DNA from: Candidatus Multivorans sp.
GTDB lineage: Bacteria; Acidobacteriota; Thermoanaerobaculia; Multivoradales; Multivoraceae
Length of the DNA stretch: 64,000 nucleotides
Reading direction: 5' to 3'
Assembly (NCBI GenBank): GCA_965247095.1
Contig: OZ251997.1
Location: forward strand, 2,595,689 to 2,659,688
The notes below the pieces were generated by a model. It was given only the letters and a program-made list of their open reading frames with translations. It was not told the origin of the DNA and did not search any database. Below are positions 43,600 through 52,542 of this stretch, piece after piece; the stretch's first letter is position 1; every line of letters starts with the position of its first letter. Both the position numbers and the translations under genes were made by a program.

Positions 43600-45284
43600 A
43601 CTCGGCCAGTCGCGGCCGCGGCTCGTTGCAGCTCCGGTCGCTGATGCCGTGGCTGCTGCTGGCGTTCCTGGTCTGGCTGGTCGGCTATCCGCTGCTCGTG
43701 GTGGCGGCCGAGGCGTTCGGCATCGGCGGTCTGGAGGGGGACGGTCCGACGACGGAGGCGTTCCGCTCCTTCTTCAGCCGGGCGGACGAGTGGAACGCGA
43801 TGTGGCGGACGCTGTGGATCTCCGTGCTGTCCACGCTCGCCGCGGCCGCGGTCGGGGTGCCGCTCGGCTTCCTGTTCGAGCGCAACGAGATTCCGGGCCG
43901 GCGTCTTCTCGGCGCCCTGGTCGCGCTGCCGGTGGCGCTACCGCCGCTGGTGGGCGTCATCGCGTTTCTCTTCCTCTACGGCGAGAGCGGTCTCGCCGCG
44001 CGGGGGCTGCAGACCCTGGGTCTCGACGTGTCGTGGCGGCTGACCGGGCCGGCGGCCATCCTCCTGGTCCACGCGTACTCGATGTACGTGTACTTCTACC
44101 TGTTCACCCGGGCGGGACTCTCCGGGCAGGACGGCGCCGCCATCGAGGCCGCCCAGAGCCTGGGCGCGAAGCGGTCGCAGATCCTGTTCCGGGTCACCCT
44201 GCCGCGGCTGCGGCCGGCCCTGGCGGGCGCCACGCTGCTCACCTTCATGACCTCGCTCGGCTCGTTCTCGGCCCCCTACATCTTCGGCGGCGGCTTCCGC
44301 GTGATGACCACGCAGATCGTCGCCTCCAAGCTGAACGGGGAGCTGCGCATGGCCTACGTCGAGACGACCATGCTGGCGCTGATGGCGTTCGGCGCCCTGC
44401 TCCTGCTGCGCCGGATCGATCCGGGCCTGGACCTGGCGTCGGGCGCGCGTGGCACGCCGCCGGCGCGGCGGCGCCTGCACAGCCGGGGCGGCCGCGTTGC
44501 CGCCGCAGCCGGCGGCTGGATCCTCGCCGGGGTCTTGCTCCTGCCGCATGCGACGTTGATCCTGATGTCGCTTGTGCCGCCGAACACCTGGACCGTGGAG
44601 GCGTTCCCGCCGGTCCTGGGCCTCGTCAACTACGGCGATCTGCTGTCGTCGGCGGAACGGCTGCGGCCGGCCCTGAACTCGCTCTGGATGGCCGCCGCGG
44701 CGACGCTGGCGGCGGTGGTCGTGGGCGTCGTGACGGCGCGCCTGTCGCTCCGGCGCGGCGGTCTGCCCGGGCGCGCACTGGAGACGATGATGACCCTGCC
44801 CTGGGCGATTCCGGGGACGGTCTTCGCCCTCGCCCTGGCCGCGGCGATGAGCGTCAACGCTCCCTGGGTCGGTCGCTTCGTGCTGGTGGGCACGATCTGG
44901 ATCCTGCCGCTGGCCTACCTGGTGCGCTCCCTGCCGCTGACCGGCCGCTCGGTGTTCGCGGCCCTGCGGCAGCTCGACCCGCGCCTGGAGGAGGCCGCGG
45001 CGAGTCTCGGCGCCGGCGCGTTGAGAACGGTGCTGCAGATCGTGCTCCCCCTGCTGCGGCCGGCGGTGATCGCGGGCGCCGGCCTTGCCTTCATCACCAT
45101 GCTGGGCGACTTCGTGACCTCGATCGTGCTCTACACCTACGACACCCGCCCGATCTCGATCGAGATCCAGTCCAGCCTGCGGATCCAGGAGACCGGTATT
45201 GCCGCCGCCTACGGCGTGCTGCTCATGCTCTTGAGCGCGGCCGCATTCATCGCCTGGAACGACCGCGCCGGCGGGCGGCTCTGA
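43596..45284 (+). CDS. ABC transporter permease (two fused transmembrane domains, FbpB-like)
   Basis: Hydrophobic throughout, with two EAA-like loops (IEAAQSLGAKRSQ and LEEAAASLGAGAL). The TTG start overlaps the ATPase stop. An alternative ATG lies at 43644. Confidence 0.85.
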   Translation: MNSASRGRGSLQLRSLMPWLLLAFLVWLVGYPLLVVAAEAFGIGGLEGDGPTTEAFRSFFSRADEWNAMWRTLWISVLSTLAAAAVGVPLGFLFERNEIPGRRLLGALVALPVALPPLVGVIAFLFLYGESGLAARGLQTLGLDVSWRLTGPAAILLVHAYSMYVYFYLFTRAGLSGQDGAAIEAAQSLGAKRSQILFRVTLPRLRPALAGATLLTFMTSLGSFSAPYIFGGGFRVMTTQIVASKLNGELRMAYVETTMLALMAFGALLLLRRIDPGLDLASGARGTPPARRRLHSRGGRVAAAAGGWILAGVLLLPHATLILMSLVPPNTWTVEAFPPVLGLVNYGDLLSSAERLRPALNSLWMAAAATLAAVVVGVVTARLSLRRGGLPGRALETMMTLPWAIPGTVFALALAAAMSVNAPWVGRFVLVGTIWILPLAYLVRSLPLTGRSVFAALRQLDPRLEEAAASLGAGALRTVLQIVLPLLRPAVIAGAGLAFITMLGDFVTSIVLYTYDTRPISIEIQSSLRIQETGIAAAYGVLLMLLSAAAFIAWNDRAGGRL

Positions 45285-45303
45285 GCGCGGGCCGCCTCCT
45301 GCT

Positions 45304-46479
45304 GTGCCGCGACTGATCGACCATCGCCTGGGGGCGCTGATGGCGGTCGCGTTCGTGTGCACGCTGGGCGAGTTCCTAGTCGTAGCACTTCTCCCGTTCT
45401 ACGCGGAGCGATACGGCGCGAGTCCCTTCGAAGTCGGCGCTCTGGTGTCCGCCTTCGCCCTGGCGGCGATGGCGACCGCACCGCTCTGGGGCCGGCTCGC
45501 CGACCGCTCGGGGCGCAGGCCGGCGCTGCTGCTCGGCCTTCTGGTGTCGGCTGTGGGCTTCGCCCTTTTCGGCGTGGCGCAGTCGATCGAGTTGCTGCTG
45601 CTGAGCCGCCTGGTGCAGGGTGTGGGTGGCGGCACGGTGCCGGTGGTGTTCGCCTACATCGCCGACTCGGTGACCGGCGAGCGGCGCGCCGAGGGTGTCG
45701 GGTGGGTGACCGCCGTCACCAGCTCAGCGGCGATGATCGGCCCGGCCGTGGGCAGTTTCGCGGGCCAGGTCCATCCGGCCGGGCCCGGAGCGGTGGCCGC
45801 GGCGCTCAGCGTGGCGGCCGCGGTGTTCGCGCACTTCTGGCTGCCGGAGTCGCGGCCGCGAGGGACGCCGAGCGGCGAGGGGGAGGAGGCGCGGTACTCG
45901 ATCCTGGGGGCCGTCGGCCGGGTAGCCGCACAGCCGCTTCGCCCGCTCAATCTCCTGATCTGGATCTACGCCGCCGGGCAAATCGGCATGGCGGGGATGA
46001 CGGCGATCATCGGCCTCTACCTGGGGCGTCGTTTCGGAGTGGACGAGTCGAACATCGGGTTGTTCTTCTTCTATCTGGGCGGCCTGTCCATCGTCTTCCG
46101 CGTTCTCGTTCTGGGGCGGGCGGTCCGTCGCTGGGGCGAGGTCAACGTCTTGCGCACCGGCGCCTTGAGCTTCGGCGCCGGGCTGATTGCGATCCCGTTC
46201 GCCACCGGGCTATGGACGCTCGGGGCGGCGATCTTCCTCGTCCCGTTGGGCACTTCGCTGCTGTTCCCGTGCACGACCTCGCAGGTCTCGAAGCGCGCCC
46301 CCGGAAGCGGCGTCGTGGGGCAGGTGCTCGGCGTGCAACAGGCCTACGGCAACGCCAGCAAGATCGCCGCGCCGCTCCTTGCGGGCTATCTGTTCCAGGA
46401 GCTGTCGCCGGGCGCGCCGTTCGTGGTCATCGGCGCAGTGCTGCTCGTTGCTGCCGTGGCGTCGTTCCGGTTGCGGTGA
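45304..46479 (+). CDS. MFS transporter
   Basis: 12-TM-like profile with the GRLADRSGRRP motif. Confidence 0.85.
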   Translation: MPRLIDHRLGALMAVAFVCTLGEFLVVALLPFYAERYGASPFEVGALVSAFALAAMATAPLWGRLADRSGRRPALLLGLLVSAVGFALFGVAQSIELLLLSRLVQGVGGGTVPVVFAYIADSVTGERRAEGVGWVTAVTSSAAMIGPAVGSFAGQVHPAGPGAVAAALSVAAAVFAHFWLPESRPRGTPSGEGEEARYSILGAVGRVAAQPLRPLNLLIWIYAAGQIGMAGMTAIIGLYLGRRFGVDESNIGLFFFYLGGLSIVFRVLVLGRAVRRWGEVNVLRTGALSFGAGLIAIPFATGLWTLGAAIFLVPLGTSLLFPCTTSQVSKRAPGSGVVGQVLGVQQAYGNASKIAAPLLAGYLFQELSPGAPFVVIGAVLLVAAVASFRLR

Positions 46480-46720
46480 TCGCTGCGCTCTACCCGGACG
46501 TCGGGTCGCATTCAGTGCTGCCGTTTATCCATTGACCAGACCCACGCAGAGACAACCGGCGAAGCCCGCCGGAGAAAGTCGCCACAGTCCGGGAATGTCG
46601 AGGCCGATGGCCGCGGGCCGGGTCGGATCCGGCTGCCTCGTCAGGGCCACTGGAACCAGCGCGAGGGTGAGGAGGATCGCCGTGCTGAACAGCAGGGCGG
46701 CAGTTGCCTGAGCATCGCGG

Positions 46721-47203
46721 TCATCTCTTGTTGCGGCGGCCCGCTTCAAGAGCCTGGAGGACCTCCTCCGGGGTTCGTTCGGCAGAGGCGAACGGATCGA
46801 TCACCCGAACTTCGCCGAAAGTCTGGCCGTGCTGGAGATCCTCGGTGAGGAGGACCGGACATCCACACGATTGAGCGGCCGCCACGATCAACGCGTCCCA
46901 CCAGGACAGCGAAGTGGCCTGCTCGAGAATCCACGCTCGTTCCATGATGGCGAGGTTGACCGGGACCGGCTGCCACGCGGCCAGAGCCCGGACGATCTGG
47001 CGAGCTTTGGCGCCGCCCATGCCCGGCTTCAGCTTGCGGGTAAGGGTCGCGTACAGCTCCTGCAAGACCTGCACACTCAGGCGGCCGGAGTGGCTGCGCC
47101 ATAGATACGAGTACCAGTCTTCGGCACGCGACTGCTTCGCCGGGTCGGACGAGTCGTGCCGGTAGACGAGTACGTTCGTGTCAACGAAGACCGGGCCGGT
47201 CAT
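46721..47203 (-). CDS. PIN-domain toxin (VapC-like)
   Basis: Contains VFVDTNVLVYRHD, WWDALIVAAAQSCGCPVLLTEDLQHG. Confidence 0.85.
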   Translation of the reverse strand: MTGPVFVDTNVLVYRHDSSDPAKQSRAEDWYSYLWRSHSGRLSVQVLQELYATLTRKLKPGMGGAKARQIVRALAAWQPVPVNLAIMERAWILEQATSLSWWDALIVAAAQSCGCPVLLTEDLQHGQTFGEVRVIDPFASAERTPEEVLQALEAGRRNKR

Positions 47204-47423
47204 GGAGCGAGTCTCGCGAGGGGTAAGGCTGGCCCCTCTGCTTCAGCCTCTCGGGCTGAATCGCGAGGGCTCGTTCCATGGCGACGTCGTAACGATCCTC
47301 CTGGCGCCTCATCCGTTGAACCAGGTCTGCCAACCAGCGGGAAACGCTGCGCTCGTTCTCCGCAGCGCGGACCCGGACCCACCGGGCGTCCTCTTCGGGC
47401 AGGGTGATCGTGACGTTCTTCAC
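47181..47423 (-). CDS. Ribbon-helix-helix antitoxin (VapB-like)
   Basis: MKNVTITLPEEDARWVRVRAAENERSVSRWLADLV. GTG start. It overlaps the PIN gene by 23 nt. Confidence 0.75.
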   Translation of the reverse strand: MKNVTITLPEEDARWVRVRAAENERSVSRWLADLVQRMRRQEDRYDVAMERALAIQPERLKQRGQPYPSRDSLHDRPGLR

Positions 47424-47440
47424 GGCACGAGACTAGGGAA

Positions 47441-47455
47441 ACACGAAGTTCGTGT
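47441..47455. promoter_or_regulatory. Perfect 15-bp palindrome upstream of the RHH/PIN operon (candidate operator)
   Basis: ACACGAAGTTCGTGT lies 18-32 nt upstream of the antitoxin GTG. Confidence 0.3.
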
Positions 47456-47574
47456 CAATGAGTTCCGGAGTGTCTTCGGTGGTGGCCCCGCGACATGCGA
47501 AAAGGGCGTGGCCAGCGGCCGCGCCCTTGGAAGACTTGGTAGCGGGGGCAGGATTTGAACCTGCGAGCCTTGGG
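47456..47574 (-). repeat. tRNA-fMet-derived repeat: distal partial unit, hairpin, and the 3' part of the unit split by IS21
   Basis: Contains GTGTCTTCGGTGGTGGCCCCGCG (47470-47492, 5' acceptor-like), a hairpin at 47502-47528, and TGGTAGCGGGGGCAGGATTTGAACCTGCGAGCCTTGGG (47537-47574). Confidence 0.75.
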
Positions 47575-47687
47575 TGGAGGCATGGCTCGGAAACTGAGCC
47601 ACCCAACGCTCGGAAAGTGATCCACCCTCGGCCCTGACACCGGTAGCTTGGTCTTGTTCAGTAGACCAACGCGCTCGGAGGAAGGAC

Positions 47688-49129
47688 TTGCTGAGGATGG
47701 ATCAGGTTCATGTTATTCGGCACCAGGTGCTGGTGGAGGGTCGGAGCCAGCGCTCGGTGGCTCGGGAGCACGGTGTGAGCCGCAACACGGTGCGCAAGTA
47801 CCTGGATCAGAGCGAGCCGCGGCGGGTGGAGAGCAGGCCGCGGCGGCGGCTGGTGACGGAGCGTGTGGCGCCTCGTCTGGAGGAGTTGCTGAGGACGTGG
47901 TCTCGCCGGACGACGGCGAAGCAGCGTCTGACGGCGACGCGTCTGCATCGCCAGTTGCTGGAGGATGGCTACGAGGTCTGGATCACGACGATTCGCAGCT
48001 ACGTTCGGGAGTGGAAGCGTCAGCGCCAGGAGACGTTCATTCCGCTGGTGCACCGTGCCGGCGAGTGCGGCCAGGTGGACTTCTTCGAGGTGACGGTGGA
48101 GGAGGACGGTGTGGCGCACCGGGTGTGGAAGTTCCTGCTGCACCTGCCGTACTCAGGCCGTTCGTTCGTGTGGCTGTACGACCGCTGCGACCAGGTGGCG
48201 TTCCTCGACGGCCACGTGCGGGCGTTCGCGCACTTCGGCGGCGTGCCGCTGCGTCTGGTCTACGACAATCTGAGTGCGGCGGTGCGTCGGCGGGTGGGCG
48301 GCGAGCGTCAGTTGACGGCTCGATTCCAGGCGCTGGTGAGCCACTACCTGTTCGAGCCTTGCTTCGCCCGCCCCGGCGAGGGGCACGACAAGGGCAGCGT
48401 GGAGTCGCGCGGCAAGGGAATCCGTCTGGCGCACATGAGTCCGGTGCCTCAAGGCCGCACCCTGGAGGAGATCGCACGGGCGTGCTGGCTTCGGTCGACG
48501 CGGCACACAGTCAGCGCGCCCGGTGGCAGGAGGAGCAGGCAGCTCTGCGCGAGCTGCCGCCGACCGCGTTCGAGGCAAGGAAGCTCAGGATCGTGCGGGT
48601 GTCGCGCCAGGCGACGGTGCAGTTGGGCGGCGCGATCTACTCGGTTCCCTCGCGGTGGAAGAGCCTCCAGGTCCATGCCCGCGTCGGTACGGGCGACATC
48701 GTCTTCACCTGTCGCGACGCGGAGTACCGCTGCGCTCTGGTGCGGCCGGGACAGCGCCTGGTGCGCTACGCGCACTACTTCGAGGAGCTGTCCCGGAAGC
48801 CTCAGGCGGTGCGACAGGTGGCTCCGGAGCTGCTCGCGGAGCTTGGCCCGGCCTATCGCAAGCTATGGAGAATGCTGGAGTTGCGGCACGGCGCGCTGGA
48901 GACGGCGCGGCTCTTCGCCAAGCTGTTGAGCGTGGTCACAGACCACGGCAGCGAGGAGGTAGCCGCCGCACTCGAGGAGGCCCTGACCGCCGGTCGCTTC
49001 GACCTTCTGGGACTCGCCCTGCGGAGTCCCGCCTCCAAGATCGAGGTGCCGGAGCCGCTCCGCCGCCACGACATCGAGAGCGCTCGCGCCGCCGACTTCG
49101 ACGTGCTGCTTCAGGAGGCGGCATCGTGA
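47688..49129 (+). CDS. istA: IS21 IstA transposase, split by an apparent frameshift near 48470-48485
   Basis: Frame 1 (track 47688..48929) is good up to ...PVPQGRTLEEI. The homologous continuation LASVDAAHSQRARWQEEQAALRELPP...VLLQEAAS is in the frame of track ORF 47648..49129. Confidence 0.8.
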
Positions 49130-49878
49130 GCCGGGCGGCACGCAGAGCCGTCATCGCCGAGGGCCTCAAGATGCTCAAGATGCCTTCCGTGCTGCGCGAC
49201 TACGAGCAGCGGGCGCGTCAGGCCCAGGACGCACAGTGGGACTACGAGGACTACCTGTGGCAACTGCTCGAGACCGAGATTCGGGACCGTGAGGCCCGCA
49301 CCGTCGAGCGCCGGCTGCGCGCGGCCCGCTTCCCCGACCACAAGACCCTCGAGCAGATCGACTTCCAGGCGCTACAGGGAGTGTCCAAACCGAAGCTGCG
49401 CGAGCTGGCCTCCTGCGACTACATCGACCGCGGCGACGACGTCGTCCTCGTCGGACCCATCGGCACCGGCAAGACGCATCTCGCGATCGCACTCGGCATC
49501 GAGGCCGCGAAGCGCCGCCGCCGGGTCTGGTTCCGCAAGGCCTCCGACCTCGTCCGCGACCTGATCGAAGCCCGCGATCAGCGGGAGTTGGGGCGCCTGC
49601 AGCAGTGGCTACAGCGGGTGGATCTACTGATCTGCGACGAGCTCGGCTTCGTGCCATTCGACCGCGCCGGCGGCGAGTTGCTCTTCAACGTCTTCGCCGA
49701 CCGTTACGAGCGCCGCTCGACCATCGTCACCTCCAACCTCGCCTTCTCCGAATGGGTCCGCGTATTCGGCGACGAAAAGCTCACCACGGCTCTGCTCGAC
49801 CGCCTCTCCCACCACGCCCACATCCTCGCCACCAAGGGCTCCTCCTATCGGACTCGGCTGCGGAGAAGCCCTTCGTGA
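49126..49878 (+). CDS. istB: IS21 IstB helper ATPase
   Basis: Contains LVGPIGTGKTHLAIALG, LLICDELGFVP and STIVTSNLAFSEW. The GTG start overlaps the istA stop (GTGA). Confidence 0.9.
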   Translation: MSRAARRAVIAEGLKMLKMPSVLRDYEQRARQAQDAQWDYEDYLWQLLETEIRDREARTVERRLRAARFPDHKTLEQIDFQALQGVSKPKLRELASCDYIDRGDDVVLVGPIGTGKTHLAIALGIEAAKRRRRVWFRKASDLVRDLIEARDQRELGRLQQWLQRVDLLICDELGFVPFDRAGGELLFNVFADRYERRSTIVTSNLAFSEWVRVFGDEKLTTALLDRLSHHAHILATKGSSYRTRLRRSPS

Positions 49879-50154
49879 ATCCGGATCGCACGACGCGCAA
49901 CCGGACCGCCGCGGCGCCGCCGCTGAGAGCACCGCAACGGCCGCCGGCTGCGGAAGCTGCCGGCGCCGCGGAAAACGGCAGACCGTTTCCCGCACCGCCT
50001 TGGAAAACCGGCAGACCGGTTTTCCACAGCTACCGCAGCCGCTACGGCTACTGACTCAAGGGGACCGACGAGAGAAGACTCGCGTACACTCAACACGGCC
50101 GACGTGGCTCACTTTCCAAACGGTGGGTGGCTCACTTTCCGAGCGTTGCCAACA

Positions 50155-50397
50155 CCTTGGGCTATGGCAGGCCGATGAGCTAGGTGTTCCAGAGGTGTGT
50201 TCGGTGGTGCCCCCGCGACAAGCAAGAAGGGCGCGGCCAGCGGCCGCGCCCTTAGAAGACTTGGTAGCGGGGGCAGGATTTGAACCTGCGAGCCTTGGGC
50301 TATGGCAGGCCGATGAGCTAGGTGTTCCAGAGGTGTGTTCGGTGGTGCCCCCGCGGCAAGCAGAAAGGGCGCGGCCAGCGGCCGCGCCCTTGAAGCT
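50155..50397 (-). repeat. tRNA-fMet-derived tandem units (about 136-nt period), each a degenerate tRNA-like segment plus a GC-rich hairpin
   Basis: The 5' part of the IS21-split unit is 50155-50217. The full pseudo-tRNA unit is 50262-50355 (CGCGGGGG...TCGCAGGTTCAAATCCTGCCCCCGCTACCA on the minus strand). Hairpins lie at 50227-50253 and 50365-50391. Confidence 0.8.
50365..50391 (-). terminator. Hairpin immediately 3' of tRNA-fMet (candidate intrinsic terminator)
   Basis: AAGGGCGCGGCC-GCT-GGCCGCGCCCTT forms a 12-bp perfect stem, followed on the minus strand by TCTGCTTG, which is only weakly U-rich. Confidence 0.5.
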
Positions 50398-50474
<77 letters not shown>

Positions 50475-50527
50475 TCAGGACGGGGGATCGTGGCACAGGA
50501 GGGGTGCAGTGTCAACCTGGAGAGCTG

Positions 50528-52090
50528 TCCAGCGAGAAGTGAGCGTGAGCGGGGTGCGTGAATCCAGCGAGAAGTGAGCGTGAAGCGCCGGTATCGGGGA
50601 TCATCGGAGGATGATCGTGACGCTCCAGACACGCCGACTTCAGACTCTTTGTGAGGTCCGCAGTTTCGTGGCCGGCAACGAGGCGGTGGACTTCGTGGTG
50701 GTGGACCGCGGATCGACCTACGAGTTCATCCGTGAGACGCTGGTCAGGTTCCGCTACCGGGCGCTTGTGAGGCGCGACAAGGGCATGATTCGGCGCTACC
50801 TGATGAAGATGACCGGGAAGTCCGAGTCGCAGGTGACGCGGCTGATCCGGCAGCACCGGGAGACGGGCCGCATCGAGGACCGCCGCGGTGCGCCGCCTCA
50901 CGCATTCGGGCGGCGTTACACGAAGGCCGACATCGGCCTTCTCGCCGAGGTCGACGCGGCACTGGGCCAGATGTGCGGTCACAGCACGCGGGCGGTGATG
51001 CGGCGCCAGTTCGAGCTGTACGGCGACGAGCGCTTCGAGCGTCTGGCTGTGATCTCGAACGGCCAGTTCTACAACCTGCGCAAGTCGACCACCTACCAGC
51101 GGCGCCGGACGACGTTCAAGAAGACGCGGTCGACCGCGGTCGGGATCGGGGAACGACGCAAGCCCCAGCCGGAGGGGAAGCCGGGCTACCTGCGGGTGGA
51201 CACGGTGCATCAGGGGGACAAAGACGGCGAGAAGGGCGTGTACCACATCAACCTCGTGGACAAGGTGTTGCAGTGGGAGCACGTGGCGACGGTACGGGCC
51301 ATCTCCCAACGGTGTCTCGTGCCGGTGCTCAAGGAGCTCATCGAGTCCTGCCCCTTCAAGGTGCTGGGCTTCCACGCCGACAACGGCTCCGAGTACATCA
51401 ACCGCAAGGTCGCCGAGATGCTCAACCAACTGCACGTCCCCGAGTTCACCAAGTCCCGCAGCCGGCACACCAACGACAACGCCCTGGTCGAGAGCAAGAA
51501 CGGCAACGTGATCCGGCGCCAGTTCGGATACCGGCACATCCCCAAGCTCTTCGCCCGCGAGATCAACGTCTTCGCACGCGATGTGCTCACCCCCTTCCTC
51601 AACTTCCATCGCCCGTGCCTGTTTCCCACCGAGGTCACCGACAGGAAGGGCCGCACCAGGAAACGCTACCGCTACCAGGACACCATGACGCCGTTCGAGA
51701 AGCTCAAGTCCCTGCCGGACGCGGAGCGGTACCTCAGGCCCGGCGTCACCATCGCCGCCCTCGAAGACCAGGCCGGCGCCACGAGCGACCTCGACGCCGC
51801 GATCGCCCTCAAGCTGGCTCGTGCCAGACTCTTTGAACTCATCGACCGGGAGTCCGATCCCCACCGGCGCCGGAGCGCCTGAACCGCAGACCGCGCAGCC
51901 CGATGCCATACACCGCCCACCACCACCGGCCCAGGCCGGAACACAACGCCAGTAACCCGCCGCGGCCTCGCAGCGGGCGCTACCGCAGGCGGCAGACGGT
52001 GCAGAACCGTCTGCCGCTCCAGAACTACCCCGAGACCGACCCGACTCGACTCTCCATGACGGTCCCGTTCACGCTCATTTCAGGATTGGA
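50528..52090 (+). mobile_element. Putative rve-type transposable element, family unassigned
   Basis: The left end carries two 21-bp direct repeats, TCCAGCGAGAAGTGAGCGTGA (50528-48 and 50563-83). The right end 52069-52090 is an imperfect inverted copy (TCACGCTCATTTCAGGATTGGA). Termini are TCCA...TGGA. No target duplication was seen. Confidence 0.5.
50611..51882 (+). CDS. DDE transposase/integrase (rve core domain)
   Basis: 423-aa ORF with YLRVDTVHQGD, GFHADNGSEYIN and NDNALVESKNGNVIR, giving D, D, E spacing typical of retroviral-integrase-fold transposases. Confidence 0.8.
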   Translation: MIVTLQTRRLQTLCEVRSFVAGNEAVDFVVVDRGSTYEFIRETLVRFRYRALVRRDKGMIRRYLMKMTGKSESQVTRLIRQHRETGRIEDRRGAPPHAFGRRYTKADIGLLAEVDAALGQMCGHSTRAVMRRQFELYGDERFERLAVISNGQFYNLRKSTTYQRRRTTFKKTRSTAVGIGERRKPQPEGKPGYLRVDTVHQGDKDGEKGVYHINLVDKVLQWEHVATVRAISQRCLVPVLKELIESCPFKVLGFHADNGSEYINRKVAEMLNQLHVPEFTKSRSRHTNDNALVESKNGNVIRRQFGYRHIPKLFAREINVFARDVLTPFLNFHRPCLFPTEVTDRKGRTRKRYRYQDTMTPFEKLKSLPDAERYLRPGVTIAALEDQAGATSDLDAAIALKLARARLFELIDRESDPHRRRSA

Positions 52091-52175
52091 CTACGCTCCT
52101 GGAGCCGGGCCGGATCTTGCTTCTCCGGCTCCCGTCTTCGCGGCCTCGAGTCCGCCCCTCGTATAGGCTTCGTCC

Positions 52176-52526
52176 GTGTCAGCGACGCCTCCAGACCGGC
52201 GCGGGCGGCTGCGGGAGCGCATCGATCGTTGGCGCGAATGGACGCAGCGCTCGCTTCCGACGATGATCGGCGTCGGCCTGATCCTGGTGCTCCTTTTTCT
52301 CGCCAAGGCCGGCGCCGAGAACTACTCGGGCCTTGCCGAACTCGCGGACCGGGAGGCGGAGCTCGAGATCGAGCTGGAGGAGGCGAGGCTGCGGGTCGAG
52401 AGCCTGAGGCGCACGGTCGTGCTGATGCAGGACGATCCGGCAGTGCTGGAGCGTCTGGCGCGAGAGGAGCTGGGCCTGGTGAGACCAGGTGACACGGTCG
52501 TCGTCCTGCCCCGGACGGACGACTGA
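52176..52526 (+). CDS. ftsB: Septum formation initiator FtsB/DivIC family
   Basis: Single transmembrane segment, a coiled coil (REAELEIELEEARLRVESLRR), and the conserved tail DPAVLERLAREELGLVRPGDTVVV. Confidence 0.8.
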   Translation: MSATPPDRRGRLRERIDRWREWTQRSLPTMIGVGLILVLLFLAKAGAENYSGLAELADREAELEIELEEARLRVESLRRTVVLMQDDPAVLERLAREELGLVRPGDTVVVLPRTDD

Positions 52527-52542
52527 TCCGGCCGTTGATCCG

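Larger units (their letters stand above)
47575..50154 (+). mobile_element. IS21-family insertion sequence (istA/istB) with 7-bp target duplication
   Basis: The ends TGGAGGCATGGCTCGGAAACTGAGCCACCCAACGCTCGGAAAGTGATCCAC and the reverse complement of ...GTGGCTCACTTTCCAAACGGTGGGTGGCTCACTTTCCGAGCGTTGCCAACA share multiple repeats. CCTTGGG is duplicated at 47568-74 and 50155-61. Confidence 0.9.

Noticed and set aside
46525-46749. A 74-aa ORF downstream of the PIN toxin, with one hydrophobic segment.
   Set aside because: It overlaps the PIN gene 3' end, has no RBS and no recognisable family, and its composition is compatible with a chance ORF in GC-rich DNA.
47537-50300. The repeated tRNA 3' halves as attL/attR of an integrated genomic island.
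   Set aside because: - No tyrosine or serine integrase is present.
- The DNA between the copies is just an IS21 element with its own 7-bp target duplication.
- The copies also include the tRNA 5' acceptor strand and terminator, which fits tandem duplication better.
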